Source: Candidatus Spongiisociaceae bacterium (lineage in GTDB: Bacteria > Actinomycetota > Acidimicrobiia > Spongiisociales > Spongiisociaceae). From it: a DNA stretch of 64,000 bases. The notes below the pieces were generated by a model, which was given only the letters and a program-made list of their open reading frames with translations, ran no database searches and had not been told where the DNA came from. A program made the position numbers and the translations under genes. Within the stretch, counting starts at the first letter, position 1. Each line of letters opens with the position of its first letter. This document shows, piece by piece, positions 1-9,909 of this stretch. The stretch is taken from NCBI GenBank assembly GCA_965262915.1, contig OZ253564.1, positions 4,576,001 through 4,640,000 on the forward strand, given 5' to 3'.

Positions 1-984
1 CGCCAGCGGGTTGAGCCAGATCGTCCGATGCACGGATCGGGAGAGTCGGGCCATCTCCTGGCTGAGAAGTCCGGGATCTCCGCGGTCCCACCCATCGCTG
101 ATGATCATTCCGATCGGCCCGCCGCGGGCTACACGCCGGCTCCAATGTCTGTTGTAGGTCTCCAGAGATTCTCCGATCCTGGTACCCCCCGACCAGTCGT
201 GAACCCGCCCGGCCACCAAGCGCAGCGCCATCGCCGGGTCGCGCCGCCGGAGTTCATGGGTGATACGCGTGAGGCGGGTGGAGAACACGAAGGTCTCGAC
301 CCGGCCCATCCGGGCAGGTGCGGAGTGGGCGAAGTGGAGGAGCATCTCCACGTACTTCTCCATCGAGCCACTCACGTCGGCGATGATCACCAGGGGCCGC
401 CGCCGCGGTTTACGGGACCGGAACTCCATCTCGATGAGCTCGCTGCGGGGCCCGACCGCGTTCCGCAGGGTTCGGCGCATGTCCGGCCGCCTACCTCTGG
501 AGTCAGCCAACCAGCGGCGGCTCAACGCCTCGGCGGGTTTCCAGATCATGGAAGCGATCATCCTCCGCACCTCGGCGATCTCGTCGGGAGTCAGCTCTCC
601 AAAATCACGGGAGCCGAGGCGCTCGCTGTAGGACGCGCCCAGATGCTCACTGCTCTCCCGGATCTCCTCCTCTTCCGACCCACCCTCGGGGGCGAGTACC
701 GGGAGGTAGGACTGGACCATCAGATCTGACTCGACATCGGCTGTGGGAGGCCTCCGCACACCTCTCCCGAAGAACAGGTCGAAAGCCTGCTCGAAAACAG
801 GCAACTGGTCGGGCCGGGTGACGACCAGGGACCGGAACCCTGACCTTATGTCTCCCACGTCGTCCAGACCGAGCAGGCGCGCCGCGGTGAGCAGATCCAT
901 TCCGGTGGGAGGAGTCACCTCAAGGCCTTTGGCCCGGAGGTAGCGGCCGAAGTGGATGACGTTCTGGGCGAATGCGCCGGTCAT
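1..984 (-). CDS. coxE: VWA-domain CoxE-like protein, runs off the left window edge
   Basis: Manual translation from ATG at 984 gives MTGAFAQNVIHFGRYLRAKGLEV..., with a DVSGSM MIDAS-like motif near 360-380; follows a CoxD-like AAA gene. Confidence 0.8.
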   Translation of the reverse strand, partial: MTGAFAQNVIHFGRYLRAKGLEVTPPTGMDLLTAARLLGLDDVGDIRSGFRSLVVTRPDQLPVFEQAFDLFFGRGVRRPPTADVESDLMVQSYLPVLAPEGGSEEEEIRESSEHLGASYSERLGSRDFGELTPDEIAEVRRMIASMIWKPAEALSRRWLADSRGRRPDMRRTLRNAVGPRSELIEMEFRSRKPRRRPLVIIADVSGSMEKYVEMLLHFAHSAPARMGRVETFVFSTRLTRITHELRRRDPAMALRLVAGRVHDWSGGTRIGESLETYNRHWSRRVARGGPIGMIISDGWDRGDPGLLSQEMARLSRSVHRTIWLNPLA

Positions 985-987
985 CAG

Positions 988-1148
988 GGATCGGTCCGTG
1001 AAATGGTGGTGTGGCATGCGCCGGCAGTGGCGCTAGTCGCAAGGCCCGCCGACGAAGGCGTACCCGCAGCGGTACATCGAGGAGGCGGAACCCAGCGAGG
1101 GGCGCAGCCGGCAAGCAGGGCACGGCGAATCATTTGACAGACCGACCC
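988..1148. mobile_element. MITE-like repeat, family A (long copy); supplies the coxD stop codon
   Basis: Strongly similar to 63035-63194 (GTGGCATGCGCCGGCAG...GCAAGGCCCGCCGACGA...GGCAAGCAGGGCACGGC); degenerate terminal inverted repeats. Confidence 0.8.
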
Positions 1149-2038
1149 CCGTCTCGACCGGCCGCTAGCAGGCGCACAACGCCACCCGACCTGACCCGCT
1201 CGATGTCCTCCTCGTATTTGAGGATCACTCCCAAGGTGTCTACGGCCGCCTCGGGCGACAGCACCTCGGCTCCCAACACCTGGAGGGCCGCCGCCCAGTC
1301 GAGGGTCTCAGCCACGCCAGGAGGCTTGAACAACTCGAGATCGCGGAGCCGCTCCATCGCCCCGGCCAGTTCCCCGGCCAACTCCTTGTCGATCCCGGGA
1401 ACCTTGCTCGTGACGATCGCCACCTCCCGCTCGAATGTGGGGTAGTCGATCCAGTGGTAGATGCAGCGGCGCTTGAGAGCGTCGTGGATCTCCCGGGTGC
1501 GGTTGGACGTGATCACCACCACGGGAGGTTCTTTGGCGGTCACGGTTCCCACCTCAGGGATGGTCACCTGGAAGTCCGACAACAACTCCAGAAGGTACGC
1601 CTCGAATTCCTCGTCGGCTCGGTCGAGTTCGTCTATCAGCAGCACGGGACGGCCGCCGGCGGCCGACATCTCGACCGCCTCCAGCAGGGGACGGGCGATC
1701 AGGTAGTCGCGGCTCATGATGTCCGAGACTGCGGCATCTCCCCCTTCGCCCCTCGCCTCGATGAGGCGGATGGCCAGCATCTGGCGGGCGTAGTCCCACT
1801 CGTAGATGGCGTGCCCCACATCCAGCCCCTCGTAGCACTGCAGGCGCAGCAGCGGCTGGTCGAGGACTGTCGACAGCACCTTGGCAACCTCGGTCTTGCC
1901 TACGCCTGCCTCGCCCTCGAGGAAGAGTGGACGGCCCAGTTGCAGCGCGAGATGGATCGTGACGGCCAGCGAGCGGTCAGCGATATATCGTTGACCGGCA
2001 AGGGCGTCGGCAACCTCTCGAACCGTGGCAGGAATCAT
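1130..2038 (-). CDS. coxD: MoxR-family AAA ATPase (CoxD-like)
   Basis: Walker A GEAGVGKT, LLIDELDRAD, ITSNRTRE, DALKRRC. Confidence 0.9.
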   Translation of the reverse strand: MIPATVREVADALAGQRYIADRSLAVTIHLALQLGRPLFLEGEAGVGKTEVAKVLSTVLDQPLLRLQCYEGLDVGHAIYEWDYARQMLAIRLIEARGEGGDAAVSDIMSRDYLIARPLLEAVEMSAAGGRPVLLIDELDRADEEFEAYLLELLSDFQVTIPEVGTVTAKEPPVVVITSNRTREIHDALKRRCIYHWIDYPTFEREVAIVTSKVPGIDKELAGELAGAMERLRDLELFKPPGVAETLDWAAALQVLGAEVLSPEAAVDTLGVILKYEEDIERVRSGGVVRLLAAGRDGGRSVK

Positions 2039-2151
2039 CCCGAGCAGGATACACGCACAGCCGCGTGAGCACGCATCCGCTCACATCCCAGGTCCGCCGG
2101 ACAGAGTCAAGACCCCCGCGTACGGACGGTAACGCCAACCGAACCATGACG

Positions 2152-2207
2152 GGTCCGTGCCGACCCGGGCAGGAGTTCCGACCCCCGCTCCGGGTTGGCC
2201 ACGGACC
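2152..2207 (-). terminator. Strong hairpin downstream of coxM
   Basis: Inverted repeat GGTCCGTG..GACCCGG / CCGGGTT..CACGGACC; no U-tract. Confidence 0.5.
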
Positions 2208-2220
2208 TGAGTTCTAGCGG

Positions 2221-3087
2221 TTACCCGGCTGCGGCCAGGGCTGCTTTGACTGCCCGGGCGGTGAACACCTGGGCAAGATGGGTCTTGTAGTCGACCGACC
2301 CGTACAGGTCCTCGAGCACGTCGATCCCGCAGGTGGCATGGGCGGCCGCCGCATCGATGGCCGCGTCGGAACCGTCGGAACCGACCAGGGCATCGGCCAC
2401 TTCGCCGGCCAGAACCGGGCGGTTGCCTACCCCGGTCACCGCCACGGTGGCCGCGCTGATCGAACCGTTGGAGCGGGTCACCGAAGCCGCCACCCCTGCC
2501 ACCGCGTAGTCGGTATGACCACCCCGGCGGCCCAGCTTGTCATAAGCCGAACCACTCCCCGCGCCGACCTTCGGGATCCTCATCTCGGTGAGGATCTCGT
2601 TGGGCTCCAGCGCGGACATCAGAGTGTCGACGAAGAAGTCGGCAGCCGCGATCTCACGGGTGCCGCCCGACGAAGCCGCCACCATCGTGGCGCCCAGAGC
2701 CAGCGCCGCCACCGGCTGGTCGGCCGCCACATCGGCATGGACCATCGACCCGCAACACGTGCCACGGTTGCGGACCTGCCGGTCGCCCGTCCAGGAAGCC
2801 GCCGTGGCCAACGCCGCGCCATGCGAGGCAACCAGATCACTGGAAGCCACATCGGCGTGGGTCACCAGGGCACCGATCGAGATGGAATCACCGTTGTCGG
2901 CGATATCGCCCAGCCCGCCGATCCCGCCGATGTCCACCACCAACCCGGGAGACAGCAGGCGCAGCTTCATCATCGGCAGCAGGCTCATCCCGCCGGCAAG
3001 AACCTTGGCGCCCGGATTGGCATCCAAAGCCGCCAGCGCCTCGTCCAGACCGGAGGCCGCTACGTATTCGAACTTTCGTGGATACAT
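2221..3087 (-). CDS. coxM: Molybdenum hydroxylase FAD-binding medium subunit (CoxM/CutM-like)
   Basis: LAGGMSLLPMMKLR and QVRNRGT motifs. Confidence 0.9.
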   Translation of the reverse strand: MYPRKFEYVAASGLDEALAALDANPGAKVLAGGMSLLPMMKLRLLSPGLVVDIGGIGGLGDIADNGDSISIGALVTHADVASSDLVASHGAALATAASWTGDRQVRNRGTCCGSMVHADVAADQPVAALALGATMVAASSGGTREIAAADFFVDTLMSALEPNEILTEMRIPKVGAGSGSAYDKLGRRGGHTDYAVAGVAASVTRSNGSISAATVAVTGVGNRPVLAGEVADALVGSDGSDAAIDAAAAHATCGIDVLEDLYGSVDYKTHLAQVFTARAVKAALAAAG

Positions 3088-3100
3088 GGGCTCCTCCTCC

Positions 3101-5479
3101 CTACGCCCTGGCGTCCTGGATGGCCTGCCAGACCCGCTGCGGCCGCAACGGCATGTCGATATGGGTCACACCCAACGACTCGAGCGCGTCCACCACCGCG
3201 TTGACCACCGTCTGGGCGGCGCCGATGGTGCCCGCTTCACCGATTCCCTTCACACCGAGGGGGTTGATGTCGGTGGGTGTCACCGTGCGGCCCAACTCGA
3301 AGGACGGCAGGTCGGTCGCGGTGGGCAGGATGTAGTCGACCAGCGACGCGGTCAGCAGGTTGCCGTCCTCGTCGTAGATCGCATCCTCGAACATGGCCTG
3401 GCCGACTCCCTGTGCGATGCCGCCGTGGACCTGGCCGTCCACGATCATGGGGTTGATCACATTGCCACAGTCGTCCATAGCGATGTACCGCAGGAGCTTG
3501 GTGTCCCCGGTGACCGGATCGACCTCCACCATGGCGATGTGCGTACCGAACGGCCAGGTGGCGTTTCCGGGGCTGAAGATAGCGTGTGCCTCCAAGCCTC
3601 CCTCCAGACCTTCCGGCAGGAGGTGGGGCTGGTAGGCCGTCTTGGCGATCTCCTCCCAGCTCACCGAGCTGTCGGGAGCGCCTACCACTTGGGCGCCGCC
3701 GTCGGCGAACTCGATGTCGTCCTCGGACGCTTCGAGCAGGTGGGCGGCGATCCGGGCGGCCTTGGCCTGTACCTTCTGAGTGGCCTCGTAGCAGGCGGAA
3801 CCGTCGACCGCTGCCGACCTGGACCCGAAGCTGCCGATGCTGGGAGGGGCCTCCTCGGTGTCGCCGTGGATCACCCGGATCCTGTCGACATCCATGCCGA
3901 GGCCGTCTCCGACTATCTGCGCCCAGGTCGTCTGGTGGCCCTGGCCGGAGGGTCCGGTGCCGATGGAAACGGTGACGGAGCCGTCCGGGTGTACCCGGAC
4001 CAGGCTCGAACCGTTGAAGGCCGACGGCATCTGGTACTCGGCCCACGAGAAGCCAAGATCGACCAGGCCCGAAGGCCCGAAGCCGCACACCTCTACGTAG
4101 GTGGCGAGCCCGACCCCTACATGGCGGCCCTCGGCGCGGGCCGCGTCCCGCTCTGCGAGAAGGTCGGACCATCCGGCCGACTCCAGAGCCGCGTCCAGGT
4201 TGGCCTCGTAGTCCCCGGTGTCCATGGCGAACCCCATGGGCGACACGGCCGCCGGGAACTGGGAGGCCGGGATGTAGTTCTTCCGGCGCACGTCGGCCGG
4301 GTCCATCCCGATCTTCCTCGCGTACATGTCGAGGATGCGCTCCAGGTAGTAGGCGGCCTCCGGACGCCCCGCTCCCCGGTAGGCGTCGGTGGTCATCATG
4401 TTGGTCACGACGCAGTCCATCTTCCAGTGGGTGGGGAAGGAGTACTGGCCGGACCCGACGAAGACCCCTAGGAAGGGGATCGCAACGGTGAAGTTCTGCG
4501 AGTAGGCGCCCATGTCCGCGATGCCTTCGAGCTCGAACCCGAGGATCTCGCCGTCCGTCGTTCCGGTGATCGTGGCGGTGGCGATCCAGCCCCGACCCTG
4601 GATGGTGGAGTTGGCCGCCTCCCTTCGGGTCTCGGTCCACTTCACCGGCCGCCCCAGTTGCTTGGAGGCGAAGGCCACGAGCACTTCGTCGTTGTAGACG
4701 TTGAGCTTGCAGCCGAAGCCGCCGCCGACCTCCATGGCCTTGACGGTCACCTGGTTGAGGGCCATTCCGAAGTACTTGCCGACAGCCCCGGCCAACGCCG
4801 ACGGGATCTGGGTGGACGAGTAGACGTCGAACCTCCCGTAACCGATCTGGTAGTCGGCCATTACCGAGCGGGGCTCAATGGGTACCGGGATCAGCCGCTG
4901 GTTGGTCATCTCCTGGGTGACGACCACCACATCGTCCCTGGACTTCTCCGCGTCGATGCCCGCCTTGACGGCCGCCAAGCCGTCCGCGTCGGCGCCGAAG
5001 GGGCCGGTCCAGGAGACCAGGGTGTTCGAACCCAGATCGTCGTGGACCAACATCTCGTCGCTGAGCGAATGCTTCAGGTCCACGACCGCAACCATCGCGT
5101 CGTAGTCGACATCGACCGCGTCGGCGGCGTCGCGAGCCAGGTACGGATCCTCCGCCACCACCATCGCCACCGCCTCGCCGACGTGCTTGACGGTCCCGTT
5201 GTTGAGCAGAGGCCGCAGGGCCCCGACCGGTGCCTGGGCGACCAGCGGACCGAGATGATCGACATCGGCCGCGGTGTAGACGGCCACCACACCCTCTGCG
5301 GCCTCCGCAGCGGACGTATCGATCGACAGGACCTTGGCATGCGCGAACGGGCTGCGGACGAAGGCCACATGGACCGTGCCGGCCAGCTTGACATCATCGG
5401 TGTACCGACCGCCGCCCTGGATCAGTGCAGGATCTTCACGGCGGCGCACGACACCGCCAAGCACACTCGTCGAACTCAT
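3101..5479 (-). CDS. coxL: Xanthine dehydrogenase family molybdopterin subunit, form II CoxL-like
   Basis: [40 protein letters not shown]; start MSSTS overlaps coxS stop. Confidence 0.9.
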   Translation of the reverse strand: MSSTSVLGGVVRRREDPALIQGGGRYTDDVKLAGTVHVAFVRSPFAHAKVLSIDTSAAEAAEGVVAVYTAADVDHLGPLVAQAPVGALRPLLNNGTVKHVGEAVAMVVAEDPYLARDAADAVDVDYDAMVAVVDLKHSLSDEMLVHDDLGSNTLVSWTGPFGADADGLAAVKAGIDAEKSRDDVVVVTQEMTNQRLIPVPIEPRSVMADYQIGYGRFDVYSSTQIPSALAGAVGKYFGMALNQVTVKAMEVGGGFGCKLNVYNDEVLVAFASKQLGRPVKWTETRREAANSTIQGRGWIATATITGTTDGEILGFELEGIADMGAYSQNFTVAIPFLGVFVGSGQYSFPTHWKMDCVVTNMMTTDAYRGAGRPEAAYYLERILDMYARKIGMDPADVRRKNYIPASQFPAAVSPMGFAMDTGDYEANLDAALESAGWSDLLAERDAARAEGRHVGVGLATYVEVCGFGPSGLVDLGFSWAEYQMPSAFNGSSLVRVHPDGSVTVSIGTGPSGQGHQTTWAQIVGDGLGMDVDRIRVIHGDTEEAPPSIGSFGSRSAAVDGSACYEATQKVQAKAARIAAHLLEASEDDIEFADGGAQVVGAPDSSVSWEEIAKTAYQPHLLPEGLEGGLEAHAIFSPGNATWPFGTHIAMVEVDPVTGDTKLLRYIAMDDCGNVINPMIVDGQVHGGIAQGVGQAMFEDAIYDEDGNLLTASLVDYILPTATDLPSFELGRTVTPTDINPLGVKGIGEAGTIGAAQTVVNAVVDALESLGVTHIDMPLRPQRVWQAIQDARA

Positions 5480-5973
5480 GCGGTCTCCCATTCCGCCGGG
5501 GCGGGCTCCTCGCCGCGCAGCTTGGCGCCCGCGTACTCGATCGCCCGCACGATGTTGTGGTATCCGGTGCACCGGCAGAGGTTGCCCTCGATACCGCGCC
5601 GGATCTCTTCTTCTGATGGGTTGTCGTTCTCCTCGAGGAGGGTGACCGCCGACATGATCATCCCGGGCGTACAGAAGCCGCACTGGAGACCGTGGCGCTC
5701 CCAGAAGCCCTCCTGGACCGGGTGCAACTCGCCGTTCTGCGCCAGACCTTCCACGGTGGTGATTTCAGCGCCCTCGGCTTGGACGGCCAGCATGGTGCAT
5801 GAAAGCACCGCCCGGCCGTCGAGTTTGACGGTACAGGCCCCGCAGTAGGATGTCTCGCACCCCACGTGGGTCCCCGTCAACCGCAGATCCTCTCGCAAGA
5901 AGTGGACGAGCAAGGTGCGGGGTTCCACATCTCCCGAAACTCGCCGCCCGTTGACCGACATGGATACCTGCAT
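5476..5973 (-). CDS. coxS: 2Fe-2S small subunit (CoxS/CutS-like)
   Basis: [26 protein letters not shown]; ATG at 5973 follows AAGGAG. Confidence 0.92.
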   Translation of the reverse strand: MQVSMSVNGRRVSGDVEPRTLLVHFLREDLRLTGTHVGCETSYCGACTVKLDGRAVLSCTMLAVQAEGAEITTVEGLAQNGELHPVQEGFWERHGLQCGFCTPGMIMSAVTLLEENDNPSEEEIRRGIEGNLCRCTGYHNIVRAIEYAGAKLRGEEPAPAEWETA

Positions 5974-6288
5974 ACAAGGTCTCCTTTCGACGCGGGTCGA
6001 TGCCCCGAAACTGATCAAAGTACCCGAACGCCTTATCGGGGAATCGGCGCTGGCTTTCCTTCCTGTCCGGACCGGACTCGAAGCCTCCGGCCTCGTCCCC
6101 GTCGATGCAATCCACTGTCTGCAACTCCGGATCGCCGAGGCGGTCATTCCGTCCGGCCGTTGCGCCGACGATAGCCGAACTCCCGCTTTCGACACAGTGT
6201 TGCGGCGATCAATTCGCCCGGCGCCCCATATTGAGTCTCCCCAATCGCCGTCGGTCGAATTGGAAGGATTCAGAGGGTTCGCCGACCG

Positions 6289-7158
6289 TCAACGCCGGGA
6301 CTGCATGACTTCTGCGGCTATCTGTTCGGCGATTCCGAACTGTTCGGGCCGGGGCTGGTCGAGGATGAACTCGTTCACCCCGACCTCCGCGTACATGCCC
6401 ACCACTTCGGAGAACGCATCGGGACTCGACCACGGATCGGGGAGACCCTGGGACTTCATATGGGATGCCCATCCGTAGAAGGAGCGGATTATCTCCTTGG
6501 GGTCCCGTCCGATGTCCATGCAGGCCTGGTCCAGCGTCCGGTTGCGCTCGGCCATCTCCTCCACCGACCCGGTGGAGTTCCAGCGATCCGCGAAGCGGGC
6601 GCAGATCCGCAGCATGCGGGGGAGGTGCGCGCCCAGGGTCAGCGGCGGGCGGGGTGACTGCACCGGCTTCGGGCGCAGCCGGGCATCCCGCAGCTGGTAG
6701 TACCGGCCGTCGTAGGTGGTGGAGCGGCCGCGGACGAGAGAGTCGATCACCTCGACGGCTTCCCTGAACCTGTCCACCCGGACGGGCGGATCGTCGAGGA
6801 GTATCCCGAACCGCTCGTGTTCCTCTTCGAACCAGCCGGCGCCCAGACCCAGTTCCAGACGCCCCCCGGAAATGTGGTCGATGGTGAGGGCCTGCTGGGC
6901 CACGAGGGCCGGATGCCGGAACGTGTTGCTGCTCACCAGCACTCCGACCCGGATCCGGCTGGTCACGGCCGACAGCGCGGCCAGCAGGGTCCAGCCCTCG
7001 AAGTACGGGCAGGAAGGATCGCTGGGCCGGATGAAGTGGTCACAATCCCAGATGCTGTCGAAACCCAACTCCTCGAAGTAGCGCCACCGGTCTGTCAGGG
7101 TGGCGTACGGCTGCGCCTGATCCGTGCATATCCCGAACCGGATACTCCCGTCCATCAC
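6289..7158 (-). CDS. LLM-class flavin/F420-dependent oxidoreductase
   Basis: GFDSIWDCDHF, DHISGGRLELGLGAGW. Confidence 0.88.
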   Translation of the reverse strand: MMDGSIRFGICTDQAQPYATLTDRWRYFEELGFDSIWDCDHFIRPSDPSCPYFEGWTLLAALSAVTSRIRVGVLVSSNTFRHPALVAQQALTIDHISGGRLELGLGAGWFEEEHERFGILLDDPPVRVDRFREAVEVIDSLVRGRSTTYDGRYYQLRDARLRPKPVQSPRPPLTLGAHLPRMLRICARFADRWNSTGSVEEMAERNRTLDQACMDIGRDPKEIIRSFYGWASHMKSQGLPDPWSSPDAFSEVVGMYAEVGVNEFILDQPRPEQFGIAEQIAAEVMQSRR

Positions 7159-7254
7159 CGCTGCTCCTCGCCGTTCACCACCGCGAGGATAAACGAGCCT
7201 TCCATGCGCGGCGGGACACCGATACCCCTTCGAGGGACAACCGGGACACGAGGA

Positions 7255-7743
7255 TCACTGCGTGGCCCACAGATGATCTCCCAGCGCCTGGATCAGATCG
7301 TCCTGTATTCCGGTCAGGTACACGAGGAGCACCATGGCCGGCGCGGGGGGGCTGCCCACGTCACGGGTCTCACCCCACCCCTCCTCCTCGATCCCGAGCC
7401 GGGCTGCGAGGGCGAGGCGCGCCTCGTTGATGACCGTCAACCACGACTCCCCCTCCGCTGTGGTCAGCTTCACGGGCCCGTCACGAGCCGCCTCGAGAGA
7501 CGAGGTCACCGCCGCCCGGTCCGTTTGGCGCTGCCGGTCCATCTCCGGCGCCATGAGCCTCCCGTACTCGGATTGTGCCTCGGCATCGTCCGGGTAAACA
7601 TCCACCGACAGCCTCCGCTCAGCCGGGTCGCCGCTCTCGCGCCCGACCGATTCGAGGATCGTCCGCATGAGCGACAACGCGTGGATGTCGTCATCGCGAA
7701 GTCGCATCTCTATCACCCCGGAGCGCGATCGAAAACGCCGCAT
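7255..7743 (-). CDS. DUF2017 family protein
   Basis: DPAERRL...YPDD and WLTVINEARLALAARLGI; coupled to clpS as is usual in Actinobacteria. Confidence 0.8.
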   Translation of the reverse strand: MRRFRSRSGVIEMRLRDDDIHALSLMRTILESVGRESGDPAERRLSVDVYPDDAEAQSEYGRLMAPEMDRQRQTDRAAVTSSLEAARDGPVKLTTAEGESWLTVINEARLALAARLGIEEEGWGETRDVGSPPAPAMVLLVYLTGIQDDLIQALGDHLWATQ

Positions 7744-8030
7744 CAGGCTCGCTCGATGGTCGCCCATAGGGCGTGGCGGTGCAGCGTGTAGCAGTCGATC
7801 TCCGCCTTCTCGCGGGGTGCGGTGCTGACCACCGACCGGCCTTCGTGGTGAACCTCGAGCATCAGCCGGGTGGCCTTCTCCTCCGAGTATCCGAAAACCT
7901 TCCGGAAGACCAGGACCACGTAGGACATGAGGTTGATGGGGTCGTTCCACACCACCACGTTCCAGCCGCGATCGAGATCCGTCTTCTCTCCGGTGTCCGG
8001 AAGGTCGATAGTCACGGGCGCAACGGCCAT
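7743..8030 (-). CDS. clpS: ATP-dependent Clp protease adaptor ClpS
   Basis: WNVVVWNDPINLMSYV...MLEVHHEGRSVV. Confidence 0.95.
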   Translation of the reverse strand: MAVAPVTIDLPDTGEKTDLDRGWNVVVWNDPINLMSYVVLVFRKVFGYSEEKATRLMLEVHHEGRSVVSTAPREKAEIDCYTLHRHALWATIERA

Positions 8031-8067
8031 CAAACTCCTCCGGTCGGCTGATCGGTACAGGCACTAG

Positions 8068-8165
8068 CAGGGTGCTCGAAGCCGGTGACAGCCGTTGACC
8101 CGCCGTCCGCTGACTTCGTATTCTGTCATCGACCATCGGGCCGGCCGGGGTCTGCAAGCACCCTC
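8068..8165. mobile_element. Degenerate MITE-like element, AGGGTG-end group
   Basis: CTAG-CAGGGTGCT ... AGCACCCTC inverted ends (short match). Confidence 0.35.
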
Positions 8166-8257
8166 CGCAACCCCTACCAGGATATCCCGTATCGAATCCG
8201 GGCGTTTCGTCGAACGAGACCCTTGAACAGGGTCGGCGGATCGGGCACCTTTAGGGC

Positions 8258-8491
8258 ATGAGCGATCAACACAACTTCAAACGACAGAGCCATACCCCGC
8301 CGATGCGACGTACCCTCAGGGACTCGCTGATCGAGGCCGAGCAACTCCGTCACCCGGTCCGGATGGTAACCGCAGGCGGTCGCAGCGTGAGCGGAGTCCT
8401 GACCGAGATCGGTATCGACTTCGCGGAGGTCCAGACCGAGGACTGCCCGGTCGACATCGCCCTGTTCTATATCGAGAGCGTCTCCTGGTAG
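8258..8491 (+). CDS. Small hypothetical protein, possible Sm-like beta fold
   Basis: 77 aa with V.MVT.GG..VSG.LTEIG.DF.EV...DIAL..IESV pattern. Confidence 0.6.
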   Translation: MSDQHNFKRQSHTPPMRRTLRDSLIEAEQLRHPVRMVTAGGRSVSGVLTEIGIDFAEVQTEDCPVDIALFYIESVSW

Positions 8492-8506
8492 CCGGTCGGC
8501 GGGCGG

Positions 8507-8686
8507 TCAGGGCAACACGGCCGCGCGGCAGGTACAGGGTTGCCGAAGCTCGGCCAACGTCGCCGCTCGGGGCTCGAAGATCTCCCTGACCCCTCAGAGC
8601 CGGGCCGGTGGAGCATGTCCGCGTAGAACCGGTACTTCCCAGGCTTCCTCGGCCGGCCGTGACTCCAGCCGGGTAAGATTCCCACC
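8507..8686 (-). pseudogene. pheA: Decayed duplicate of the pheA 3' end
   Basis: Diverged direct repeat of 11444-11623 (29-bp identical block and 32/33-bp block); encodes KYRFYADMLH but is frameshifted. Confidence 0.88.
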
Positions 8687-8866
8687 CCGTCGTTCCTCGG
8701 TTTCGGGATCGTACCGTCGGAGTTCGTCAGTTTCGCTCCCCACCTGACCACACTGTTGGTGCTGTCATTGGCGGATCAGAAGATCCGTCCGCCTCAGGGG
8801 ATCGGTGTCCCCTATCGTCGTAGCGAGGCCAACTGATGAGGTCCAAACCCGTCCGACGACAGGAGC

Positions 8867-9868
8867 ATGGTGAACGGGCAATACTGGGAAAGCCCGGTAC
8901 TCCGGTCGGCGGCAAGTGTGGTGGAGCGCTCCGAGCAAGTCCGCACGTCAAAAGATGCCGTAGATCGGATCGCCGGGTGGATGGCCTACGAGGAGTTCGC
9001 TTTCCCTCGCGGAGGAGCGGCGGGCGAGTTCGACGTGGGCTCGGATCCGAACGACATCATCGACGTGACGATGCTGGTGGCAGCCCTGAACTTTGCTTTC
9101 ACGGATTTTGACACCCGGCGAAAGTTCGAGGCCACGTACAAGGGACGGACCTGGTCTGACAGCCTCGGAATGTTCGCCTGCCTTCATCAGGCCCTTTCGA
9201 ACGGAGTCCCGCTGCTCGACGGTGCGTATCTCGCGTCGATCACGCGGGCTGATCTGGAGCACATCCTTCACGGCAACATCGAGATGCCCATGCTCGACGA
9301 ACGACAAGAGATCCTCAACGATGTAGGCGCCGTGCTGGTGGATCGGTACGGGGGTCGGTTCCATCGCTTCGTCCGGGATTGTGCTCCTGCGATGTATGCC
9401 GGGGGTGACGGGCTCCTCGAACGGCTCATCGTCGAGTTCCCCCGTTTCGACGACACCAGCGACTACCACGGCACCGAAGTACACATCCTCAAACTGGCCC
9501 AGCTCGGCCTTTGGACGCTGCATATGGCGCTGCACTCCACCGGCGAGTGGAGCCTCGCTGACCTGTCGATGATGACCGCCTTCGCCGACTACATCGTTCC
9601 GGTGGCCCTGGACGTAATGGGGATCATCGAATACGCGCCTGACCTGTCAACTCGCATCGCCAACGGGGTCATGATCGATCGGGACAGCGATGAGGAGATC
9701 GAAATCCGGGCCCACACCCTGTATGCGACCGCTCTGTTGACAGACGCTATCAACGCCCTCCGACCCTCGGACTTGCAGGTCGTCATCCCTCAGGTTGACC
9801 TTCGCCTCTGGTTGAGCTACCACGCAACCTTTCGACCACACCACCTCACCAGGACGGTCATGTACTGA
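8867..9868 (+). CDS. Queuosine salvage family protein (DUF2419/Qng1-like N-glycosylase)
   Basis: ALNFAF, P.LDER..IL, FP.FDD, LKLAQL, AFADY.VP, EEIEIRA, PHHLTRT..Y. Confidence 0.85.
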   Translation: MVNGQYWESPVLRSAASVVERSEQVRTSKDAVDRIAGWMAYEEFAFPRGGAAGEFDVGSDPNDIIDVTMLVAALNFAFTDFDTRRKFEATYKGRTWSDSLGMFACLHQALSNGVPLLDGAYLASITRADLEHILHGNIEMPMLDERQEILNDVGAVLVDRYGGRFHRFVRDCAPAMYAGGDGLLERLIVEFPRFDDTSDYHGTEVHILKLAQLGLWTLHMALHSTGEWSLADLSMMTAFADYIVPVALDVMGIIEYAPDLSTRIANGVMIDRDSDEEIEIRAHTLYATALLTDAINALRPSDLQVVIPQVDLRLWLSYHATFRPHHLTRTVMY

Positions 9869-9909
9869 ACTGGCTGCTTCGGCGAACCGGCCCGGTCGGC
9901 TATCGCAGC

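Noticed and set aside
952-1137. Short ORFs repeated at about 1011 and 63058 (MACAGSG...)
   Set aside because: Chance frames within MITE family A copies
3101-5479. Functional link between the molybdenum hydroxylase and selAB
   Set aside because: coxL has no in-frame UGA, and labile-selenium hydroxylases depend on SelD/YqeB/YqeC, which are not seen here
5974-6288. Moco riboswitch upstream of coxS
   Set aside because: Long leader, but I could not match the conserved motif by eye
8833-8862. CTGATGAG upstream of the Qng1-like gene as a hammerhead ribozyme or preQ1 riboswitch
   Set aside because: No GAAA core after a stem II and no recognisable preQ1 consensus; a covariance-model search would be needed
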